A stretch of DNA of 64,000 bases, taken from contig DATCSK010000014.1 of assembly GCA_036568505.1 (NCBI GenBank), forward strand, positions 13,022 through 77,021, given 5' to 3'. The notes under the pieces were generated by a model. The model saw only the letters and a program-made list of their open reading frames with translations, was not told the DNA's origin and made no database searches. Positions 33,852-42,198 of this stretch are shown here, piece by piece. The position numbers and the translations under genes are program-made. Within the stretch, counting starts at the first letter, position 1. The number at the start of each line of letters is the position of its first letter. The stretch is from Pseudomonadales bacterium (lineage in GTDB: Bacteria; Pseudomonadota; Gammaproteobacteria; Pseudomonadales; M0112).

Positions 33852-34019
33852 TTACCCTTTCTGATGGGTTGCTACGAGCCAAATGCCATGAATGACACCG
33901 GGCACCCAACCCAGAAAGCACAGCGCAATGTTAATCCAGAAATGCTTGGTGGCCCCGACTTGCAGAAAGGCGCCGAGTGGCGGCAATAGAATGGCGAGAA
34001 TAAGATTGACGATGTTCAT
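33852..34019 (-). CDS. Pmp3/YqaE-family small hydrophobic proteolipid (55 aa)
   Basis: Below the 60-aa ORF-track cut-off; found by manual translation: MNIVNLILAILLPPLGAFLQVGATKHFWINIALCFLGWVPGVIHGIWLVATHQKG. It has the family pattern LPPLG...FWIN..L...G(W/Y)(V/I)PG.IHA/G and fills the otherwise empty gap between crp and the DUF4124 gene. Confidence 0.75.
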   Translation of the reverse strand: MNIVNLILAILLPPLGAFLQVGATKHFWINIALCFLGWVPGVIHGIWLVATHQKG

Positions 34020-34037
34020 CGTGTGCTCCTTGCGTAT

Positions 34038-34679
34038 TCAGCGTGTTCCAAAGACCACCATGGTTTTGCCTTTGACAGACACCAGGCCTTGTTCTTCGAG
34101 ATCTTTGAGGACGCGGCCGACCATTTCACGTGAGCAGCCGACCACGCGGCCGATTTCCTGGCGGGTGATTTTGATTTGCATGCCATCGGGGTGGGTCATG
34201 GCGTCGGGTTGTTTGGATAGGTCCAGCAGGGTGCGGGCGACACGGCCGGTCACGTCCAGAAAAGCCAAGTCGCCCACTTTGCTGGTGGTGTGGCGCAGAC
34301 GGTTGGCCATTTGCTTGCCCAACCAATAGAGGTAGCTGGTGTCTTTGGCGACGAGTTCGCGAAATTTATTGAAGTTGATTTCAGCGACTTCGCATTCGGT
34401 CTTGGCGCGAATCCAGGCGCTGCGAGAGTCGGCTTCATCAAACAAGCCCATTTCGCCAAAAAAATCGCCTTCATTGAGATAGGCGACGATCATTTCGCGG
34501 CCGCGATCATCTTCAATCAGCACCATGCACGAGCCTTTGGTGATGAAGTACAGCGCGTCGGATTTATCGCCGGCATAGACCAGTGTGGCGCGCGCCGGGT
34601 AGCGGCGGCGATGGCATTGATTCAGTAAGTGCTCAAGTTTTTCCGGATCCAGTCCGGGTTTACGCAATTTGGTGCTCAC
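34038..34679 (-). CDS. crp: cAMP receptor protein family global regulator (Crp/Vfr)
   Basis: 213 aa with a cNMP-binding domain (FFGEMGLF) and the C-terminal [33 protein letters not shown], near-identical to the Crp/Vfr pattern. Confidence 0.94.
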   Translation of the reverse strand: MSTKLRKPGLDPEKLEHLLNQCHRRRYPARATLVYAGDKSDALYFITKGSCMVLIEDDRGREMIVAYLNEGDFFGEMGLFDEADSRSAWIRAKTECEVAEINFNKFRELVAKDTSYLYWLGKQMANRLRHTTSKVGDLAFLDVTGRVARTLLDLSKQPDAMTHPDGMQIKITRQEIGRVVGCSREMVGRVLKDLEEQGLVSVKGKTMVVFGTR

Positions 34680-34801
34680 GGGGTGATGCCTCGTTTTTGT
34701 TCTTTTATGGCCCGTGGGGGCTGTGGTCTCAGTGTAGCAGAGTCCCGGCCGTCGGGCTGCTGTGATAAGCTGCCTGGCCTTGAAGGGTAGAGGATATCGC
34801 G

Positions 34802-35224
34802 ATGAAAGCCACAGTCACATGGGTCGATGGCGTACGTTTTCTGGCCGAGTCCGGCAGCGGGCATACCGTGGTTGTCGAGGGGCCGGATACCCATGGCGGT
34901 CGCAATACCGGCATGCGCCCCATGGAGTTGCTGCTGTTGGGTGTGGGCGGCTGCTCCTCCTTTGATGTGCTGACTATCTTGCAGAAAGCCCGTCAGGAGG
35001 TGACAGACTGCCGCTGCGATATCAGCGCCGAGCGCGCTGATGTGGTGCCGGCCGTATTCACCAAAATCCACCTCACGTTCATTGTCACAGGGCGTGCACT
35101 CAAAGAAGCGCAGGTCAAGCGTGCGGTTGAACTCTCGGCCGAGAAATACTGTTCGGCGTCGATTATGCTCAGCGCTGCCGGTGTCGAGGTGACCCACAGT
35201 TACGAGATGATCGAGGCCGTTTGA
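34802..35224 (+). CDS. OsmC-family protein (YhfA-like)
   Basis: 140 aa with [20 protein letters not shown] and YCSAS motifs. Divergent from crp, as yhfA is in E. coli. Confidence 0.85.
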   Translation: MKATVTWVDGVRFLAESGSGHTVVVEGPDTHGGRNTGMRPMELLLLGVGGCSSFDVLTILQKARQEVTDCRCDISAERADVVPAVFTKIHLTFIVTGRALKEAQVKRAVELSAEKYCSASIMLSAAGVEVTHSYEMIEAV

Positions 35225-35225
35225 T

Positions 35226-35648
35226 ATGGGTCGTCCTGCGCGTACCGCTGGCCTGCGTCATGTTGCCTTGTTTGTTGAGCAGTTCGAGGCCTGTCTCGAT
35301 TTTTATGTGCGCCTGATGGGGATGCGCATTGAATGGCAGCCCGATCCGGATAATAGCTATTTAACCTCCGGTAACGATAATCTGGCGCTGCATCGGGTGG
35401 CAGCCGGCCATCACGGAGCTGCCGCCACGCAAAAACTCGATCATATCGGCTTTGTGGTTGATTGTGCCGCCGATGTTGACGACTGGCATGCTTTTTTGCA
35501 GGGCGAAGGGGTGCGCCTTCGGACGGCGCCCAAAACACATCGTGACGGGGCGCGCAGTTTCTATTGCGAAGACCCGGACGGTACCGTCGTGCAAATTATT
35601 CATCACCCGCCGATCAGCGGCTTACGGTGGCAGTCAGTGGTCGAATAA
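35226..35648 (+). CDS. VOC-family (glyoxalase/bleomycin-resistance/dioxygenase fold) protein
   Basis: 140 aa with LRHVALFV...FY and HIGF...DPDG patterns. Confidence 0.8.
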   Translation: MGRPARTAGLRHVALFVEQFEACLDFYVRLMGMRIEWQPDPDNSYLTSGNDNLALHRVAAGHHGAAATQKLDHIGFVVDCAADVDDWHAFLQGEGVRLRTAPKTHRDGARSFYCEDPDGTVVQIIHHPPISGLRWQSVVE

Positions 35649-35664
35649 GTCGGTTAGTCGCAGC

Positions 35665-36690
35665 CTATTTGGCTGCAGTGGACGCGGCGGGAATCACGTT
35701 ACGTTGTTTGAGTTCGCGCTCAACGCTGGCGGCTGCTATCCGATGACCGTAGGCATTTGGATGCGTGACATCGTCAGGCGTCAGTCTCACGGCCGCTGCA
35801 TCCAGCGAGATATAGTCGCCGAGTAAATCATGAAAAGGTATGCCGAGCCCTTGCAGCTCATTGTGTATTACCTCGTGTGCCGATTGCAGTGAATAGCCAT
35901 CAAAGTCGGTAAAGGCCGGGAATATGAACACGACCAATGGTGTGTGGTCGGCCGCGGTCATGGTTTTTATGTGAAGCAGGTGGTTGCGAATCATTTGGTG
36001 CGTTTCATCGGATTGATAAGTAACCCGATGGATGACATTAAACATGATTTTGCCTGATGCCTTTCCCCATGCGGTCATCAGCCAAGCAGCGAACTGGCTG
36101 GTATTGGCGGTTTGTCGCAACTGAGCGCCTTGCCGCATGGCGGAGCCGATCAGCTGAAACATGGCCTGGGGTGGAAGAATGTCGTTGAGTACATAGGACA
36201 GCACGACCGCATCGGGTGAGAACTGCCGTACTTTGGTTTCATACAAAGCATCGTAGGCTTCAATGCCATAACCGCTGACCGAAAAATTCAAGATTTCCAC
36301 GGCAATGCCTTGAGCCTTTAACGATTGCTCTAACACATAGGGAAAGGACTCTTCTCGTGTCACGCCATAACCAAAGGCTACGGAGTCGCCTATCACGGCG
36401 ATGCGAAAAACGCCGGGTGTTTTTTCGATGTCAGGCTCCGGCCCGCGAAAGCCGTAGCTGTTGATGCGATCGTCTGCCGGATCAAATTCGACATACAGCC
36501 GAGAGTCTTCTACGGGTCGTAAGGCGATGAGGTTTTTATTGGCGCGCTGTTGCTCTGCTGAAATGGCCGGTGGTTTGCTGTAGTCGGGCAAGTATTCGTA
36601 ATGCTGTAAGCCGCGTACCGTGGCTTCGCCGGCCAAAAATAGCAAGAGCAAACTCAACAGTACCAAAAGACTGTTTTTAATCCGGCGCAT
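35665..36690 (-). CDS. membrane-anchored SGNH/GDSL hydrolase-family protein
   Basis: An N-terminal TM helix, then block I RIAVIGDSVAFGYG and a later DxxH-like PDDVTHPN. 341 aa. Confidence 0.75.
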   Translation of the reverse strand: MRRIKNSLLVLLSLLLLFLAGEATVRGLQHYEYLPDYSKPPAISAEQQRANKNLIALRPVEDSRLYVEFDPADDRINSYGFRGPEPDIEKTPGVFRIAVIGDSVAFGYGVTREESFPYVLEQSLKAQGIAVEILNFSVSGYGIEAYDALYETKVRQFSPDAVVLSYVLNDILPPQAMFQLIGSAMRQGAQLRQTANTSQFAAWLMTAWGKASGKIMFNVIHRVTYQSDETHQMIRNHLLHIKTMTAADHTPLVVFIFPAFTDFDGYSLQSAHEVIHNELQGLGIPFHDLLGDYISLDAAAVRLTPDDVTHPNAYGHRIAAASVERELKQRNVIPAASTAAK

Positions 36691-36729
36691 AGGAGTGTTC
36701 CGCAGAGAAGCAGGGAGGGGTGTGGCGCA

Positions 36730-37215
36730 TCATTCGACCGACTCCGGCGATGCAGTATGATCGCGGTACCGATGCTGCAGGCCTTGTAAAAAATTTCTCA
36801 GAATCTGATCTTTGCATTCGCGGTAGTGTTTGTGTCCGGGTTTTCTGAAAAAGGCGCTTAATTCGTGCGGGCTGATGCGAAAATCCACGAGCTGCATGAT
36901 GGCCAATACATCGTCGGCTTGTAAATTCAGGGCAATTTTTAATTTCATGAAGATAATGTTGTTGGTCAGGCGCTTTTCGGGCGGAGGCGATGCGCCTTCT
37001 TTTTTACCGCGGCGATCGGTGATCAGGCCGTTCAGAAAGGTCGCCAGCGTTGCGTCGTTGCAGGGAAGGTAGTCCGGGTCATCGTCTTTTTTTAACCAGC
37101 GACTGACGTCTTCTCTGGATGCAACCTGATCGGCCGCAGCAAACAGAGCGATCATTGTCGAATCATCGAAATCGAAGGTGTAGCGCAGGCGGCGTAAAAT
37201 ATCGTTATTGGTCAT
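36730..37215 (-). CDS. DUF1456-family protein (YehS-like)
   Basis: MTNNDILRRLRYTFDF... and the duplicated ...NNIIFMKLKIALNL... repeat match the E. coli YehS layout. GGAAGGG SD before ATG 37215. Confidence 0.72.
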   Translation of the reverse strand: MTNNDILRRLRYTFDFDDSTMIALFAAADQVASREDVSRWLKKDDDPDYLPCNDATLATFLNGLITDRRGKKEGASPPPEKRLTNNIIFMKLKIALNLQADDVLAIMQLVDFRISPHELSAFFRKPGHKHYRECKDQILRNFLQGLQHRYRDHTASPESVE

Positions 37216-37299
37216 GATCCCTTCCGGGTGGCGTGCTAAAAGCCGGATGCATGCGTAAGCGCAGTACAAGGCATGGCCGGCAAGGCGATTGTATCGGGT

Positions 37300-37944
37300 T
37301 CAAAGGCGGTACGTTGCTTCGGTCATCACTGTCGAGATGGCCGTCATTGCTTGCTTGATGGGTTCTGGAAACACGGTGCCGCCGGCATCCAGGGCTTTGT
37401 GGGCATGGTGTGCTTCGTCTTCGAGCATCGTTTCAAGGATGGCGCGGCTTTTTTGATCGGCAGCCGGGATTTGCGCCAGGTGTTTTTCAAGGTGCTTGCA
37501 GACTTGCTCTTCAGTGGCCGCCACAAACCCCAGGCTTAATTGGTCGCTGACCAGGCCGGCGCCGGCGCCAATGGCAAAACTCAAGCCATAGAACACAGGG
37601 TTTAATACGCTGGTATGACTGCCGAGTTCGTGCAGGCGCGTTTCGCACCAGACCAAGTGGTCAATTTCTTCATGGGCGGATTGTTCCATGGCGCGGCGCA
37701 CGGCAGTATCGCGTGCCGTGAGTGCCTGCCCTTGATACAGTGCTTGCGCGCAGACTTCGCCGGTGTGGTTGATGCGCATTAAGCCGGCAATGTGCTGGCG
37801 CTCGGTGTCGGAGAGATTGCCGCAGGGTTCTTCTGCCGAGGGGGATGCACGTTCGCCGGTCGCGGCCCCCGGTACCAGCGTTCGCAGCACGCGGTCGGCG
37901 CCCAGGCACAGGCGGTCGAAAACAGTGTAGTCACGGCTTGGCAT
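37300..37944 (-). CDS. coq7: demethoxyubiquinone hydroxylase (Coq7 family di-iron monooxygenase)
   Basis: 214 aa with [23 protein letters not shown] and EDEAHH di-iron motifs. Confidence 0.9.
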   Translation of the reverse strand: MPSRDYTVFDRLCLGADRVLRTLVPGAATGERASPSAEEPCGNLSDTERQHIAGLMRINHTGEVCAQALYQGQALTARDTAVRRAMEQSAHEEIDHLVWCETRLHELGSHTSVLNPVFYGLSFAIGAGAGLVSDQLSLGFVAATEEQVCKHLEKHLAQIPAADQKSRAILETMLEDEAHHAHKALDAGGTVFPEPIKQAMTAISTVMTEATYRL

Positions 37945-38033
37945 GCTGCGGCCCCTCGTTTAATGTGAGGGTATTGTAAGAGTGTGCAGGCCGCTCGGCC
38001 AGCACTTGCTGCCGTCATAATAAAAGGTGCTCC

Positions 38034-39509
38034 ATGCAGGATGTGAATGATTTAGGGCTGATGGTCGATTCGCGCATACCCATTGTTGCGCTGGAGTCCT
38101 TTGATGAGCAGCGGGCGCTGGAGATGCTGACCCGTGTGGCGATCAGTCGTCAGTTGCCGCTGTTTTGCTGGTCGGTGACGGCCGGTCTCAAGCGTTTGGG
38201 CTTTGGTAGCGAGGTGCGCGGTGACGACACCGATAGCCCCGAGGCAGCGCTGCTGCAAATTAAAGAGAATCCGGATCCGGCCATTTATGTGTTGTGTGAT
38301 TTCCATCCCTACCTGACCGATCCGAAAGTCGTGCGTCATGTGAAAGATATTGCGCTGGCTTATGGCAAGGCACACCACACCTTGGTGTTGTTGAGTCACG
38401 GCATATCGGTGCCACCCGAATTGATGCGCTTGTCGGCAACCATGCGTCTGGCGCTGCCCAGTGATGAGCAATTGCAAGCCATCGTGCGTGAAGAAGCCAA
38501 GGCATGGGGTGATCAGAATCGGGGGCTGCGTGTGCGCACCGATAGCGCGACACTCAATAAATTGGTGGCCAATTTGCGCGGCGTCAGTTTTGCCGATGCG
38601 CGTCGATTGATTCGCGGTGCTATTCGTGATGACGGCGCTATTACCGACAACGATTTGCCGGTCTTGAGTCGTGCGAAGTTTGATTTGCTCGATATGCAAG
38701 GCGTGCTCAGTTTTGAATACGACACAGCCTCATTTGCCAGCGTGGGCGGTTTGCATCACTTGAAGCGTTGGCTGGAAGAGCGACGCGACAGTTTTTTAAA
38801 ACCGGATGGAAAAATAGACACCCCCAAAGGTTTGTTGTTGCTGGGCGTACAAGGCGGTGGCAAAAGCCTCGCTGCACGAGCCGTTGCCGGTTTGTGGGGG
38901 TTGCCACTCTTGCGATTGGATATGGGCGCTCTCTATAACAAGTTCATTGGCGAGACTGAAAAAAATCTGCGTGAAGCGCTGCAGTTGGCCGACAGCATGG
39001 CGCCGTGCGTGTTATGGATGGATGAAATCGAAAAAAGTCTGGCCGGTGGTAATAACGATGAAGGCACTTCGCGTCGCATCATGGGTACGTTGCTGACGTG
39101 GATGGCCGAACGAAAATCACGGGTATTCATTGTGGCGACAGCCAATGCCGTGCACGAGCTGCCGCCGGAGTTATTGCGCAAAGGCCGACTGGATGAAATA
39201 TTTTTTGTTGATTTGCCGGATGTCGCTACGCGTGAAGTGATTTTCCGCATTCATCTGGAGAAGCGCCACCACACCCCGGACGGATTTGATTTGGCACAAC
39301 TGGCCGCGTTGTCGGATGGTTTCTCCGGCGCCGAAATTGAACAGTCGGTCGTGGCAGCCATGTATACGGCCGCCGCGCGCAATGAGTCATTGGCAACGGA
39401 TCATCTGCTGGGTGAATTGGCGCAAACCAGTCCGCTATCGGTTGTGATGGCAGAAAAGGTCGCTGCCCTGCGGGCTTGGGCGAAAGAGCGCACGGTCAAC
39501 GCAGGCTGA
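38034..39509 (+). CDS. AAA+ ATPase, Ycf46-like architecture
   Basis: 491 aa: an N-terminal ~240-aa non-ATPase domain, then Walker A GVQGGGKS, Walker B CVLWMDEIEK and second region of homology RKGRLDEIFFVDLP. Confidence 0.85.
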   Translation: MQDVNDLGLMVDSRIPIVALESFDEQRALEMLTRVAISRQLPLFCWSVTAGLKRLGFGSEVRGDDTDSPEAALLQIKENPDPAIYVLCDFHPYLTDPKVVRHVKDIALAYGKAHHTLVLLSHGISVPPELMRLSATMRLALPSDEQLQAIVREEAKAWGDQNRGLRVRTDSATLNKLVANLRGVSFADARRLIRGAIRDDGAITDNDLPVLSRAKFDLLDMQGVLSFEYDTASFASVGGLHHLKRWLEERRDSFLKPDGKIDTPKGLLLLGVQGGGKSLAARAVAGLWGLPLLRLDMGALYNKFIGETEKNLREALQLADSMAPCVLWMDEIEKSLAGGNNDEGTSRRIMGTLLTWMAERKSRVFIVATANAVHELPPELLRKGRLDEIFFVDLPDVATREVIFRIHLEKRHHTPDGFDLAQLAALSDGFSGAEIEQSVVAAMYTAAARNESLATDHLLGELAQTSPLSVVMAEKVAALRAWAKERTVNAG

Positions 39510-42158
39510 TCAGCCGGATTGCAGGCATGTCTCCAGCACATTGGCCAGCTGCGGCAAGGCAACCGGCTTGCCCAGGTGCCCGTTCATGCCCGCCCGACGA
39601 CTTTGTTCGCGGTATTCGTCCAGAATGTGCGCGGTGAGCGCATAGATTTTCATGGGCGGGCTGTTGCTGGCCTGTTCCCACTCGCGGATGGCGCGGGTGG
39701 CGGCATAGCCGTCCATCACCGGCATGTCGCAATCCATGAGCAGTAAATCGAAATGGTGTGTCTGGCAGGCATCCACGGCTTGTTGTCCGTTGGACACGCG
39801 GGTGCACGTGGCGCCCAGCTTTTTCAGCATGGCTTCAATGACGCGCGCCGTCACCGGATTATCCTCTGCCAATAACACGGCGAGCGGGTGAGAAACCGGC
39901 TCTGCCGGTAGCGTGTCATCACGGTGTTGCTCGTCGAGCACTTCAATCAGCGCTGTTTTGAGTGCTGTGCCGGTCGCCGGTTTGGTGAGCAGTCGCCGGA
40001 TGCCGGCACTTTGATACTCCGCCAAACCGGGCAGATGCCGAAGCCCGGTCAGCATCAGCATGGCGGGCGGTGGTTCCTGAATTTGCCGTAGACGCCGAGC
40101 GAGTTCAATGCCGGTCATGCCGGGCAGTTGATGATCCAGCAAAATGACATCGTAGGCCTGCCCCATGGCCATGCGGTTGCGTGCTTTGCCCAAAGCTTCG
40201 CTACCGGTGCGTGCCGATTCGACGGTCATGCCCCAGCGTTCGGCCTGATGCGACAGGGTGCGAAGCAGAGAGTCGCTGTCATCGACGATCAACAAGCGCT
40301 GGTTGTCGAGAGCACGGTCGTTCAAGGTGGTGTGTGGTGAGCTGATACGCTCCACTGGAAAATCGAGACTGAAGTGAACGGTGGTGCCTTGTTCGGGTTT
40401 GTTCTCGATACCGAACTCGCCGTGCATCATCTGCACCAGCCGCCGGGCAACCGAGAGGCCCGCGCTGGCCGTTTGCGGGGTACTCGATGCACCGTTCAGA
40501 TGCTGCCCTAATGCGTGCGATATGGCATGGGGCGTCATGCCCGGCCCTTCATGATGAATGCGAAACAGCATGCGGGCGCGCTGCTCGTGTATCCGGCATT
40601 GGGTCTGCAGGGTGACCTCGCCATTGGCACTGGCGCGAATCGCATGGCCCAAGGTGTGCAGCAATACCTGGCGCAAGCGAACCGGGTCGCCGATCAGCAC
40701 CGCAGGCAACGGGTCATTCAAATCGCAGATCAATTCCGTGTGACGCTGCTCGGCGAGATTGTAAAAGCCGTTGACCACTTCAATGATCAGCGGCTCGGGC
40801 TCAAAAAGTGCTTCATTGGCGACGCTGCCTTCTAATGCCAGCGTGGATTCATCCAGCACCTCGCCAATCAGATTGAGCAGCGAGTACCCGGAGTTTCGAA
40901 TGGTTTCAACGTACTCTTGTTGTTCGGCGGTCATGGGGGTTTCTTGCAAGAGCTCGGCCATGCCTAAAATGCCGCTCATCGGCGTGCGGATTTCGTGGCT
41001 GATGCGCCCCAGAATATCGCCTCGACTGCGGGTGATGCTTTCGACGGTATTCAGCAATCGTTGACGGGCCTCGTGGTCGAGCCAGCGGTGCTTGGTGCGA
41101 CGAATCAAACACACGAGTATGCCGGCATCGCTGATCAGGATGCAGGCGAGCAGACCGGGCATGGGTGCGAGCAAGGCTTGCAAGCCGTTATCGGACGAGA
41201 GCGACAGGCTGAGCGCAATGACCAGCGGCAGACTCAGCAGTGCGGCGATCTCCAGCGTGCTGCGTGATCCGGTCATGCTCGCGTGGAGGCCTAGCATCAC
41301 TGCGCTACCAAGGCCTGCCAGCCAAAGCGCCAATGCAGGCGAGGCGGCATCATGGGCCGATAGCAGCCACGCCGACAGGCAGCCCAGCAAGGTCGCTGCC
41401 AGCAGCAACAGGTGCGGGGCGCTGAGTATGGGGTCGCGGCTTTGCAGTGCGCGCATCAATAGGATGCCAGCCGCTGCCGATGCATAAAGGCCGTGAATGG
41501 CGAGGGGTATCTGGCTTGCACCTGCGCCGGCCCAGATGGAATACAGCCAGATAAGGTGGCCACCAATGAGTGCGGTCAGCAAGCCGTAGGCACGATCGCG
41601 GTAGAGTGACATCAACCCGAGCGTGACCAGCAAGAGCAGGCCCAAAGCACCGAAGGCGGCGCTTGCCAGGGTGTTGCGCACACTCAACATACGCCCGGCC
41701 TGCTGGTCGGCGCGCCAGTGCAATGCCAGCGGTTGTTGCAGGGCACTGTGTAATTGCACGTACAGCGTGCTGTTGCCTGGCGGCAGCATGAGCGCCATCG
41801 GGCCATGGCTGTGTTGTACGCCGATAGGCACCAAGTTGTCGCCGGTTTGCCGATAGGCCTGGATGTAGCTCAGCATCATGGGCCACGGGTCGAGCCACCA
41901 GATGACCGGTTCGGACGAAGGTTGCTGCACATTCAGGCGAAGCCAGACCGATAGGTCGGCGGGCAAGCGGCGACCGTCATGAACAGGGGAGAATTGTTGC
42001 TGCCAGCGAGACTCGAGCACGCGCGTGGCCGGTGGAGCGGCTTCCAGCAAGGCGTAGGTTTGGACGGGTTGTGATGGCAGGCCGGATAAAGCCTGTATGT
42101 CGGCCAGACAGCCGGCATGCAGGCAGAACAGTGTGAGTAAGCCAATCAGCACGCGCAT
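39510..42158 (-). CDS. hybrid sensor histidine kinase with 7TMR-DISM-type sensor and two receiver domains (RetS-like)
   Basis: Signal peptide, a ~150-aa periplasmic domain and about 7 TM helices. Then the H-box SHEIRTPMSGILGMAELL, an HATPase-like domain and two REC domains (LLIVDDSD...LLDHQLPGM; VLLAEDNP...LLMDCDMPVMDG). Start set at ATG 42158 to avoid overlap with purD. Confidence 0.9.
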   Translation of the reverse strand: MRVLIGLLTLFCLHAGCLADIQALSGLPSQPVQTYALLEAAPPATRVLESRWQQQFSPVHDGRRLPADLSVWLRLNVQQPSSEPVIWWLDPWPMMLSYIQAYRQTGDNLVPIGVQHSHGPMALMLPPGNSTLYVQLHSALQQPLALHWRADQQAGRMLSVRNTLASAAFGALGLLLLVTLGLMSLYRDRAYGLLTALIGGHLIWLYSIWAGAGASQIPLAIHGLYASAAAGILLMRALQSRDPILSAPHLLLLAATLLGCLSAWLLSAHDAASPALALWLAGLGSAVMLGLHASMTGSRSTLEIAALLSLPLVIALSLSLSSDNGLQALLAPMPGLLACILISDAGILVCLIRRTKHRWLDHEARQRLLNTVESITRSRGDILGRISHEIRTPMSGILGMAELLQETPMTAEQQEYVETIRNSGYSLLNLIGEVLDESTLALEGSVANEALFEPEPLIIEVVNGFYNLAEQRHTELICDLNDPLPAVLIGDPVRLRQVLLHTLGHAIRASANGEVTLQTQCRIHEQRARMLFRIHHEGPGMTPHAISHALGQHLNGASSTPQTASAGLSVARRLVQMMHGEFGIENKPEQGTTVHFSLDFPVERISSPHTTLNDRALDNQRLLIVDDSDSLLRTLSHQAERWGMTVESARTGSEALGKARNRMAMGQAYDVILLDHQLPGMTGIELARRLRQIQEPPPAMLMLTGLRHLPGLAEYQSAGIRRLLTKPATGTALKTALIEVLDEQHRDDTLPAEPVSHPLAVLLAEDNPVTARVIEAMLKKLGATCTRVSNGQQAVDACQTHHFDLLLMDCDMPVMDGYAATRAIREWEQASNSPPMKIYALTAHILDEYREQSRRAGMNGHLGKPVALPQLANVLETCLQSG

Positions 42159-42198
42159 GGGGTTCCGTCCCCTGGGGGAATGCCTGAGAGTATAGCCC

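Noticed and set aside
34761-34776. A TGTGA motif in the crp / osmC-like divergent spacer, considered as a possible CRP autoregulatory site.
   Set aside because: Only one half-site is present (TGTGATAAGCTGCCTG). The second half does not resemble TCACA.
34676-35197. 173-aa minus-strand ORF across the crp-osmC spacer and the osmC-like gene.
   Set aside because: It is antisense to the OsmC-family gene and would overlap the crp 5' end. No homology features.
38052-38699. 215-aa minus-strand ORF.
   Set aside because: It is antisense to the N-terminal domain of the AAA+ ATPase gene. No supporting signal.
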